A DNA stretch of 64,000 bases from Syntrophomonadaceae bacterium (lineage in GTDB: Bacteria > Bacillota > Dethiobacteria > DTU022 > UBA8154). Each line of letters opens with the position of its first letter. Within the stretch, counting starts at the first letter, position 1. The position numbers and the translations under genes were made by a program. The notes beneath the pieces are model-generated. The model was not told the DNA's origin, made no database searches, and saw only the letters and a program-made list of their open reading frames with translations. This document shows, piece by piece, positions 42,175 to 50,372 of the stretch. Location of the stretch: positions 2,436 through 66,435 of the forward strand of contig PWRN01000020.1 in NCBI GenBank assembly GCA_003556225.1, given 5' to 3'.

Positions 42175-43084
42175 ATTTACCCAGAAACTAAATTTCATGC
42201 GGGTTCTTTCCATCTTCCTGGCCCTGGTTCTCTGGTTTTACGTGACGGGAGAGCAGCGGCAGGTCCTGGGCTTTGAATTGACGCTAACCTTTCGAGACAT
42301 TCCCGTATCCTGGCGCAACCTGGGAGAAGACCTGATCGTCACGGAAATGACGGAAAGCGTAAGTTTGACCATGCAGGGCATGGAATATGCCTTCGACGGG
42401 CTTACTCCCGCAGATATGGAGGCGTACGTGGATCTCCAGGGCAGGGGTGAAAACCGTCATGAGATCAAAATCAACGCCACGGTTCCCCGGGGGTTAACGG
42501 TGGTCGGCATTCAGCCTCCCCAGGCGATCGTGGTGTTGGACGAGCTGGTCACGGCCCAGGTGAACGTAACACCCCTCTACCGGGGCACTCCCGGTGATGG
42601 GATGATAATCGATGAATCCGATTTCTCCCCCCGGGAAGTATTTGTGCGGGGTCCCCGCCGGCAGGTGGACGAGATCCACCGGGTGGTCTTCAACATGGAC
42701 GTGGAAGGACAAACGAGCTCCCTGAACCAGGAAGTCCGTCTGCATCCCGTGGATAACAGGAACAATATCATCGAAGATGTGACCATCTCACCCCAGGAAG
42801 CCATCGTTTGGGTGGAATTTAAATACCCCCGCCGGGACATTCCTGTGGAGGTGGTGTTAACGGGCCAGGACGATCGCCTGCGCAGCCATACCGTAACCCC
42901 TTCTTCCCTTACCGTAGAAGGACCGCGTTATTTGCTGGATGAAATCTCGACCCTCAAAACCGAGGAAATTGACCTGGCGCAGCATGAAGAAGATGTCAGC
43001 CTGGAAGTGCCCCTGGAGTTCCCCAGCGGGATTCAGCCTGTTGAACATGAAACCGTAAATGTGAGGCTATTCTTTAACAGTTGA
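42158..43084 (+). CDS. cdaR: CdaR/YbbR-domain protein
   Basis: LALVLWFYV anchor, beta-rich YbbR repeats; overlaps cdaA. Confidence 0.88.
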   Translation: MTEKTKFTQKLNFMRVLSIFLALVLWFYVTGEQRQVLGFELTLTFRDIPVSWRNLGEDLIVTEMTESVSLTMQGMEYAFDGLTPADMEAYVDLQGRGENRHEIKINATVPRGLTVVGIQPPQAIVVLDELVTAQVNVTPLYRGTPGDGMIIDESDFSPREVFVRGPRRQVDEIHRVVFNMDVEGQTSSLNQEVRLHPVDNRNNIIEDVTISPQEAIVWVEFKYPRRDIPVEVVLTGQDDRLRSHTVTPSSLTVEGPRYLLDEISTLKTEEIDLAQHEEDVSLEVPLEFPSGIQPVEHETVNVRLFFNS

Positions 43085-43129
43085 TCTCTGTGACTCATAT
43101 TTGACAACAATTAGCGGAGGGACATGACC

Positions 43130-44959
43130 ATGTGTGGAATTGTCGGATATGTTGGCCATCATCAAGCCTATCCCTTGCTCCTGGAAGGGCTCAAAAAGCT
43201 GGAGTACCGGGGATACGACTCCGCCGGGGTGGCCCTCTACTGCCGGACCAACGGCCTGGTGATCACCAAGTCCAAGGGGGAGATCGCCCGCCTGGAAGAA
43301 AAGATCGGTACCGACATTCCTACCGGGCAGGTTGGGATCGGTCATACGCGGTGGGCAACCCACGGTGCACCCTCGGATGAGAACGCGCACCCCCATTATG
43401 CCTGTACCGAGGAATTCGCCCTGGTGCACAACGGGATCATCGAGAATTACATGAGTTTGCGCCGCTGGCTGGAAGGGCAGGGACACCGCTTTTCCTCCCA
43501 GACGGATACCGAGGTGCTGGCCCACCTGGTAGAGCACTATTATAACGGCGATCTTTTGCTTGCCTTGAGAGAGGCTGTTCATCGCGTCGAAGGCTCCTTT
43601 GCCCTGGTTGTCTTGTCTCAACGGGAAAACAACCGCCTGATTTGTGCTCGCAAAGATAGTCCGCTGGTCATTGGCCTGGGTGAAGGCGAAAACTTCATCG
43701 CCTCCGATATGCCGGCGATTCTAAGCCACACCCGCCGCACGTACATACTGGAAGATAATGAAATGGCCGATGTCACCCCGGACTCCGTTGTCGTTTATTC
43801 CCTGGAGGGCGAAATAAGAGAAAAAGAAGTGCACGAGATTACCTGGGACGCTGTCCAGGCGGAGAAAGGTGGCTATTCCCACTTCATGCTCAAAGAGATC
43901 ATGGAGCAGCCCACTGCCCTGCGGGAAACCATGCGGGGGCGCCTCCTGGAGCAGGGACGGGAAATTGACCTGGCCGAGTTGAACCTGGCTTTAGAGGAAG
44001 CAGCAGATATCTCCAAGATCTATATCGTTGCCTGCGGCACGGCGTATCATGCCGGATTGGTGGGAAAGTACTCCATGGAACGATGGCTGCGGATCCCCGT
44101 GGAAGTGGACCTTGCCTCGGAGTTTCGCTATCGCGATCCGCTGCTGGGCGAAAAGACCCTGGTGATTGTGATCAGCCAATCAGGGGAAACGGCCGACACC
44201 CTGGCCGCCCTGCGCCTGGCCCGTTCCAGGGGCAACCCGGTCCTGGCCATCACCAACGTAATGGGTAGTTCCGTGGCCCGCGAGGCTGACCAGGTGATCT
44301 ACACCTGGGCCGGCCCCGAAATAGCCGTAGCCTCCACAAAGGCCTACCTGACCCAACTGCTTACCCTCTACATGCTTACCCTGGGCCTGGCATCAAAACG
44401 CGGCATCGAAAAGGCCCGCATCCAGGAAGCCGGTCAGGCCCTGTACCAACTACCCGGGTTAGTGGAGAGCGTGCTGGCCCGGGAGGAAGAGATTAAGGAC
44501 ATGGCCCGCTACGTGGCCCGCTGGCAGAGCACGTTCTTCATCGGCCGTAACCTGGACCACGCCGTGGCCATGGAAGGCGCGCTCAAGCTCAAGGAAATTT
44601 CCTACATTCACGCCGAGGCGTACGCTTCCGGGGAACTCAAGCACGGCACCCTGGCCCTGGTTGTGCAGGGTATTCCCGTCATTGCTCTGGCCACCCAAAG
44701 CGCTGTACTGGATAAATCCATCAGCAACATCAAGGAAGTGAAAACCCGCGGCGGCTATGTAATCTGCTTCCTGCAGGACGAAAACCAGGACCTGGAAGCC
44801 GAAGTGGACCGGATCTTCTACCTGCCAGCCACCCTGGATTTCATCATGCCCATTTTAACCGTGGTGCCGCTGCAGCTACTGGCTTACCACACCGCAGTGG
44901 AACGCGGCTGCCCTGTCGATAAACCCCGCAACCTGGCCAAAAGCGTGACCGTGGAGTAG
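43130..44959 (+). CDS. glmS: glutamine-fructose-6-phosphate transaminase
   Basis: MCGIVG, GHTRWATHG, SQSGET, PRNLAKSVTVE. Confidence 0.98.
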   Translation: MCGIVGYVGHHQAYPLLLEGLKKLEYRGYDSAGVALYCRTNGLVITKSKGEIARLEEKIGTDIPTGQVGIGHTRWATHGAPSDENAHPHYACTEEFALVHNGIIENYMSLRRWLEGQGHRFSSQTDTEVLAHLVEHYYNGDLLLALREAVHRVEGSFALVVLSQRENNRLICARKDSPLVIGLGEGENFIASDMPAILSHTRRTYILEDNEMADVTPDSVVVYSLEGEIREKEVHEITWDAVQAEKGGYSHFMLKEIMEQPTALRETMRGRLLEQGREIDLAELNLALEEAADISKIYIVACGTAYHAGLVGKYSMERWLRIPVEVDLASEFRYRDPLLGEKTLVIVISQSGETADTLAALRLARSRGNPVLAITNVMGSSVAREADQVIYTWAGPEIAVASTKAYLTQLLTLYMLTLGLASKRGIEKARIQEAGQALYQLPGLVESVLAREEEIKDMARYVARWQSTFFIGRNLDHAVAMEGALKLKEISYIHAEAYASGELKHGTLALVVQGIPVIALATQSAVLDKSISNIKEVKTRGGYVICFLQDENQDLEAEVDRIFYLPATLDFIMPILTVVPLQLLAYHTAVERGCPVDKPRNLAKSVTVE

Positions 44960-44984
44960 GTGCAGTTCACGGGTTTGGCGTTTA

Positions 44985-45065
44985 TGTGGGAAACAAAAAA
45001 TATGGTTAATAAAAAATGAAAGCGTATCATAAATTATTTATACAAGGATGGGAAGATATCCCACA
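44985..45065. mobile_element. possible Tn7-like end remnant at the attTn7 position
   Basis: TGTGGGAAACAAAA begins 25 nt after the glmS stop; abrupt AT-rich shift; no tns genes in window. Confidence 0.35.
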
Positions 45066-45076
45066 ACATCTGGTAT

Positions 45077-45105
45077 ATGTACATCTATTGAAGATGTACA
45101 TTTTT
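45077..45105 (+). terminator. hairpin terminator downstream of glmS
   Basis: ATGTACATCT-ATTGA-AGATGTACAT then TTTT. Confidence 0.6.
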
Positions 45106-45247
45106 ATTGTCTTATGAGGTTAAGGAATTTCTATTGCTAAATCAATTTATGCAAAAAATATTAGCGCTTCTTTGGTTCTAATAATAATCTTTCTTAAATG
45201 AAAGCACTGACCTTGTTATGAGAATAGCTCAGAAAGGAGGTAAGCAG

Positions 45248-45619
45248 GTGTCCGGGAAAATCCGCGCGGGTTTTGCCTTTGGTGTAGGTGTTTCCATGAT
45301 CAGTTTATGGACAATGCTGCTTTTCGCGGGGCAGGTGCCCGAATTGGCAACCCATCCCTATAGTATTGCCTTTCACCTCGCCGCGGAGCTGCTCACGGCC
45401 GTGTTTTTAATTCTTGGCGCCCTGGTGTATTTCCGCAACCCGCCACTGGGTGAAAAGATCTGCTTGATTGCCTTCGGCATGCTTCTTTATACCGTGATTA
45501 ACAGTTCCGGTTACTATGCGCAAAGCGGTGATTGGAGCTTCGTGGCGATGTTTGCTTTATTGTTTATCTTTACCGTGTTTTTCCTGGTTCGCCTGCTCTT
45601 TGGCGGCAAGGGCGCATAA
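45248..45619 (+). CDS. small 4-TM hypothetical membrane protein
   Basis: SD AAGGAGGT before GTG; four hydrophobic segments; FHLAAE, INSSGYYAQ. Confidence 0.75.
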   Translation: MSGKIRAGFAFGVGVSMISLWTMLLFAGQVPELATHPYSIAFHLAAELLTAVFLILGALVYFRNPPLGEKICLIAFGMLLYTVINSSGYYAQSGDWSFVAMFALLFIFTVFFLVRLLFGGKGA

Positions 45620-45710
45620 TTCTGGAGAAAGGCACCTATCCAGCGGATCTATAACCGTTGTTCTTCACATAACAAAAGTTTACGAGCAAGCTCCGGGAAA
45701 TATAAGGAAA

Positions 45711-46334
45711 TCAGGCCTGCGTGGGATTCTTCCTTTCTTGCCCTGCCAGTTTTTCCAGGAGATACCCGATGATGAAGACAGCTATCACGGTGAGCACAAA
45801 GCGTAAGGCCGTGAAGGCAGGTCCCAGGAATTTTAACTCAACCATCAGCTGGGGAAGCTTGGCTGCGGCCCAGATACCGAGGAAGATGGTAATGTTCATC
45901 AGGCGAGCCCCTTTTCTATGCATGGCGGCTGCGATGGGAAAGGCGATATAAATGGGACCCGTGGGAATGGTGCCAAACATAAAGGCGAGAAGTGCACCTT
46001 TGAAACCGGAGCCGCTGCCCATGTGTTTTTGGATAAATGACTTGGGAACCCAGACTTCAAACAACCCCATCAGGATGAAAACCGCCGGGATGATCAAGGC
46101 CATCTCTTGCAAGTAGCTCAGGGAGACATCGTATACGGCCCTGGCCTGGGGTGGGTAGAAGAAATAAATGGCGATGAAGATGGCTGCCATGACTCCCAGG
46201 AGGAAAAGCTCTTTCCTGGAAAACATGGCCCCGGCCGGACCCTGGCCCCGGCCTTGCTCGCCCGGTACAGGACCGGGTTTCGCTTGACCACCGTTTTGTG
46301 GAATTGGCTTGTCCTTCTTGTTATCCCTTTTCAT
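45711..46334 (-). CDS. predicted permease (ArsP/DUF318-like half)
   Basis: GTIPTGPIYIAFPIA; multi-TM. Confidence 0.8.
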   Translation of the reverse strand: MKRDNKKDKPIPQNGGQAKPGPVPGEQGRGQGPAGAMFSRKELFLLGVMAAIFIAIYFFYPPQARAVYDVSLSYLQEMALIIPAVFILMGLFEVWVPKSFIQKHMGSGSGFKGALLAFMFGTIPTGPIYIAFPIAAAMHRKGARLMNITIFLGIWAAAKLPQLMVELKFLGPAFTALRFVLTVIAVFIIGYLLEKLAGQERKNPTQA

Positions 46335-46810
46335 GTGAGCATCACTCCCATCAGCAAGCTGATGCCCAGGGCAAAGACAAAGCTCAGCCCGTTGCGCAGT
46401 AACGTATATTTGACCCCCAGTTCCCTGATTTCAATGGGTGCCGTAATCGTTCCTACCATGGTCAAGGTAGTAATGAAAGTGGCAATGGTGGCTACGGTGG
46501 CCCCGGAACGCAGCAGGGAGGAAGCCAGCGGGATAGAAATGATGTTGGGGATCAAGGTAATGGCACCGACCACGGCAGCCAGAAGAGTTCCTTGAAACCC
46601 TGCATCGGTCCCCAGGTATTGTTTGATGGTTTGTGGGGGCACGAAACCCAGCAACAGCCCCACCAGGCCGATAATGAGCAGCAGGCTAGGCGTCATTTTG
46701 ATCAGAATCCGGCTTCCCACGAACAGGGCCTTCTTGGTCTTGCCCCTGTCTTTAGAGAGGGAGGCGGCCAACCCGGCGAAAAGAAACGCATAGATCAAGA
46801 CCAGTTCCAC
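46331..46810 (-). CDS. predicted permease (ArsP/DUF318-like half)
   Basis: GAITLIPNIISIPLA; ATGA overlap with partner gene. Confidence 0.8.
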   Translation of the reverse strand: MELVLIYAFLFAGLAASLSKDRGKTKKALFVGSRILIKMTPSLLLIIGLVGLLLGFVPPQTIKQYLGTDAGFQGTLLAAVVGAITLIPNIISIPLASSLLRSGATVATIATFITTLTMVGTITAPIEIRELGVKYTLLRNGLSFVFALGISLLMGVMLT

Positions 46811-46839
46811 GGGTAACACCTCTTTTCTTGCCTTGCTTA

Positions 46840-46857
46840 TGAATGAGCATTCATTCA
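46840..46857. promoter_or_regulatory. putative TetR operator, copy 2
   Basis: TGAATGA-GCAT-TCATTCA upstream of the permeases. Confidence 0.75.
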
Positions 46858-46901
46858 CATTGACCCGGCTTTTAACCCCTGGCAGGCCTGAATTGGCCCG
46901 T

Positions 46902-47501
46902 CTAGTGCTGTGGGTTGTGCAGACCCTGCCATAAGAGAAGGGCGATCTCTTCAGCGGCGGCGTCCAACAGCGTGGAAGACCCCTTTTCCTCCACCTCCAG
47001 CAGGTAGCGAGCCATTAATGCTTCAATGGAACCCATAATCGCTGGAGCAATAACGTGGAGTTTGCAGGAACGAAGTGCTCCACTTTCCATGCCCTTCCGT
47101 AAAATGTCCGCGATAAAGTAGGGCATTCCTTCGAATTGATGGATTCCTTCAAAGTAACAACTTTTTGGCATGCCTTTTTCCCGGAGGAGCACCAGGAACA
47201 CATCTGGATTTTTTTTTACTTCTTCGAAGTGCATGGAAAGGATGCGCTTGATCGTTTCCAGGGGATGAAGATCTTCTTGTTTCAATTTTTCAAAGTATGC
47301 TTTTCGTTTATGATATTCTTGCTGAAAGATGAAATCCAAGATGTCATTTTTATTAAGAAAATAATTGTATACCGTGCCTACCGCTACCCCCGCAGAAGAG
47401 GCGATTTTATCCACGGTGGCGTTATGGAATCCTTCCCGGGCGATGACTTTGATTGCCGCCCGCGCGACGAGATCTTTTTTGTCTTGCACGCGTTTTTGCA
47501 T
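46902..47501 (-). CDS. TetR/AcrR family transcriptional regulator
   Basis: GFHNATVDKIASSAGVAVGTVYNYF.NK HTH. Confidence 0.93.
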   Translation of the reverse strand: MQKRVQDKKDLVARAAIKVIAREGFHNATVDKIASSAGVAVGTVYNYFLNKNDILDFIFQQEYHKRKAYFEKLKQEDLHPLETIKRILSMHFEEVKKNPDVFLVLLREKGMPKSCYFEGIHQFEGMPYFIADILRKGMESGALRSCKLHVIAPAIMGSIEALMARYLLEVEEKGSSTLLDAAAEEIALLLWQGLHNPQH

Positions 47502-47530
47502 CGTGAACCTCCATTTCAAAGCCGTAGTAA

Positions 47531-47578
47531 TGAATGAACGCTCATTCATATTATACCGCGATGGTGTGCATTTGTCAA
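47531..47578 (-). promoter_or_regulatory. tetR promoter plus operator copy 1
   Basis: Minus-strand TTGACA-N17-TATAAT (47578-47550) abutting TGAATGA-ACGC-TCATTCA (47531-47548). Confidence 0.8.
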
Positions 47579-47904
47579 TGGTTGAAAAAATTCTTGCGTT
47601 AAAAATAAATTTGCACAAGGAGTTTGTTGCACGAAGAGGTTGTCACGCAACGAGTTTGTGTAAAAAAACGTAGCTGCAGAAAAAAATGTTCAGCAAGTGA
47701 AGCAAAAATTACTGGTGCAGGAAGGAAGTAGCGCTGTTATGGAGAATAATAAGATATATGAGATGTAATTTATCCAGTTCAAACCAGCCAGGATTTTCGT
47801 CTCTCTACAGCACGCTGCGTGCGATTTCAGCGCCAGTCGTGAAAGAACTTGAGCTTTTTCCACGAAGAAACTGCGTGCTAAACCGATGCAAGGGAGGTGG
47901 AACA

Positions 47905-48225
47905 GTGAGTTTGATCAATGTAAATGAGTTGCCGTCGTTTATCAACACAAGAGGAATCGAAACGAGAAAAGTTCTGCAGCGGCCTGAAATCAGTATGATC
48001 AACCTGGAGTTAAAACCCGGGGAGAAGATTGAATCTCATAAGGTCGATGTTCACGTCACATTTGTTGTGTTACGGGGTTCCGGTAGAATCAAGATCGGGG
48101 AACAGGTTTTTGAGGTGGTTCCCCATTATGTCGTGTTATGCGAACCCGGTATGCCCATGGAGTTGATCGGGGGAGAAGAGGGAATGTCATTTTTAAATAT
48201 AAAGACACCAAACCCGGCGGCTTAA
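47905..48225 (+). CDS. cupin domain protein
   Basis: LKPGEKIESH..VLRGSG; GTG after GGAGGTG. Confidence 0.8.
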   Translation: MSLINVNELPSFINTRGIETRKVLQRPEISMINLELKPGEKIESHKVDVHVTFVVLRGSGRIKIGEQVFEVVPHYVVLCEPGMPMELIGGEEGMSFLNIKTPNPAA

Positions 48226-48364
48226 CACTTATTCCCATACCGCGAACGGTGATATGCTGCATAAGCACGCCGTGCGATGACCGTAAAGTATTTGGCGTGC
48301 AGCTTCCAAGGCCCCTTGCTTTGATGGCGAGGTCACCAATTTGCTGTACAGGAGGTTTTCAAAA

Positions 48365-49381
48365 ATGAAACTGGAAGGCAACTGCCAGACAACGGCCATG
48401 GGCATTTTGCCCCATACCGACGTGGATCGGGCTTTAGAGCTCGCCCTTTCCGTGGACATCCCTTTTTGGCCCCAGCTTCCCCGGGTGAACTTTTTTGAAG
48501 ACATGTACGCCCAGATATCCGAACACTTCCCGGGGCTTACCGTCGATGTCGAGAACAGGGATATTCATTTTTCCCTGGAGAAGTTCTATGTAGACATGGA
48601 GGCGTTGCTGGAGCATTGGGAGGATGAAACTTTTTTCCGCCTTTCTCCTGAATACTCCGTGGTGTTTCACCGCTTCTTGGAAAAGGATCTTTCCGCTTAC
48701 TCCTACATTCGCGGGCAGAGCATCGGGCCGGTCAGCTACGGCCTTAAAATACTCGATGAAAATAAGAAATCTATGATCTACCACGAAGAGGTGCGGCAGA
48801 TCCTCTTCGACTTTGTGGCCAAGAAGCTGCAGGCCCAGTACGGGGAGATGAAGGAAAAGCACCCCGGTGCCTTTGTCTGGGTTGACGAGCCGGGGCTGGA
48901 AATGGTCTTTATGGCGTTTACAGGCTATCCCAGCGACAAAGCGGAAAAAGACTACCGGGAGTTCCTGGAAAAATTCCCCGGCCCCAAGGGCGTTCATCTC
49001 TGCGGCAATCCGGACTGGTCCTTTTTGTTGAAGATGGATTTGGATGTCTTGTCCATCGATGCCCTGGCCTGGGGTCATATCTTCTCCCGTTACAAGGAGG
49101 AGATCAAGGACTTCTTGGACCGGGGAGGGATCATTTCCTGGGGTATTACCCCAACCCTCACGGAGGAGTATGAGAAAGAGTCCATCAAGTCCATGATTTC
49201 CCGGTTGGAAGAAAACTGGGAATACATGGGGAAATTCGGAGTCACGCGCCAGCAGATTCTCCAGCAGTCCTGGTTCGCTCCGGCCCGGTGTTGCCTGGTT
49301 AACCAGGATGGAGAAAAAACCGTGGAGAAATCTTATGAACTGCTGCAGCAAGTCGCCGAACATTTCAAGGGTTTTCTCTAG
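48365..49381 (+). CDS. single-barrel cobalamin-independent methionine synthase-like protein (core MetE/Mes-like)
   Basis: PFWPQLP, GQSIGP, DEP, GVHLCG, ISWGITPT, PARCC. Confidence 0.7.
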   Translation: MKLEGNCQTTAMGILPHTDVDRALELALSVDIPFWPQLPRVNFFEDMYAQISEHFPGLTVDVENRDIHFSLEKFYVDMEALLEHWEDETFFRLSPEYSVVFHRFLEKDLSAYSYIRGQSIGPVSYGLKILDENKKSMIYHEEVRQILFDFVAKKLQAQYGEMKEKHPGAFVWVDEPGLEMVFMAFTGYPSDKAEKDYREFLEKFPGPKGVHLCGNPDWSFLLKMDLDVLSIDALAWGHIFSRYKEEIKDFLDRGGIISWGITPTLTEEYEKESIKSMISRLEENWEYMGKFGVTRQQILQQSWFAPARCCLVNQDGEKTVEKSYELLQQVAEHFKGFL

Positions 49382-49546
49382 AACCTCAGCGCACACCTTT
49401 TTACTGGCCCCGGCCGCCTTGGTTGGGGGCCAGCCGCCCTGTCTGCAGCCGCTCGCTTTTGCATAACTTTAGAAGAGTTTTTGTGGGGACAGGCGGTAAA
49501 ACAAGGGTTTAGGCCTGAGTAAGCCTGATCACCAGGGAATCTTTTA

Positions 49547-49575
49547 TTGACACCCCTTGGGGGCCAAGCTATAGT
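49547..49575 (+). promoter_or_regulatory. sigma-A-type promoter
   Basis: TTGACA-N17-TATAGT. Confidence 0.55.
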
Positions 49576-49770
49576 ATAAATTAGACACCTGTGGGAGCTT
49601 AAAATAGACGGCCATGCAGTATTGTCAGCTTCCGCTTGCCGTTTGCCTGTTTGCAGGGCAACAAGAGATGATTTACTCGGCAAGCTTGATCACGAACAAA
49701 AAATCTTGTGGATAGAGAATTCTCCCGGGTGTAGATTGACCAAAACAAACAACGAAGAGGAGGAAGAGAC

Positions 49771-50061
49771 GTGAGTGAAAAAGAACTTTACCGGAAAAAG
49801 TTAGAGGCCCAGTTAAATGAGTGGAAAGCTGAAATTGATCAGCTGAAGGCGAAAGCACAGGGCGCTGATGCCGATGCGAAACTAAAAATGAACGAGCAGG
49901 TTAAAGAACTGGAAGGGAAGTTAAAAGAAGGAGAAAAAATGCTTTCAGAAGTTGCAGAGTCCAGTGATGAGGCCTGGGAATCCATCAAAGATGGCTTTGA
50001 ATCTTCCTGGGGAACATTGAAATCTGCTTTTCGTGATGCCGCTTCGAAATTCAAGAGTTAA
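49771..50061 (+). CDS. small coiled-coil stress-type protein
   Basis: Charged helical 96 aa, AWESIKDGFESSW; SD GAGGAGG. Confidence 0.8.
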   Translation: MSEKELYRKKLEAQLNEWKAEIDQLKAKAQGADADAKLKMNEQVKELEGKLKEGEKMLSEVAESSDEAWESIKDGFESSWGTLKSAFRDAASKFKS

Positions 50062-50372
50062 CATATCTGTCGAGCGCATCCTCACATTGGTTTTACGCAG
50101 CTAAGTGCTCCCTGACATCAATTAAGATAAAAATACATGGAAAACGAAGCATTGCCATAGCGAAACGATCAAGGGCTTAATTTAGAAAAATACGTCATTG
50201 CAATGATGTTTTTGAGCACTGAGGTGTTGTTTCCTGCAGATTTTTAGGGCATGGATCATCTGAGCAAGTATCCAGGCCCTACCTTTGTTTATTTGGGATG
50301 GTATCCGCTGAGGGGCCGTCAGCGACCTGACTGCTGTAGATCATGACCCTTGATGATGAAGGAGGGCGAAGG

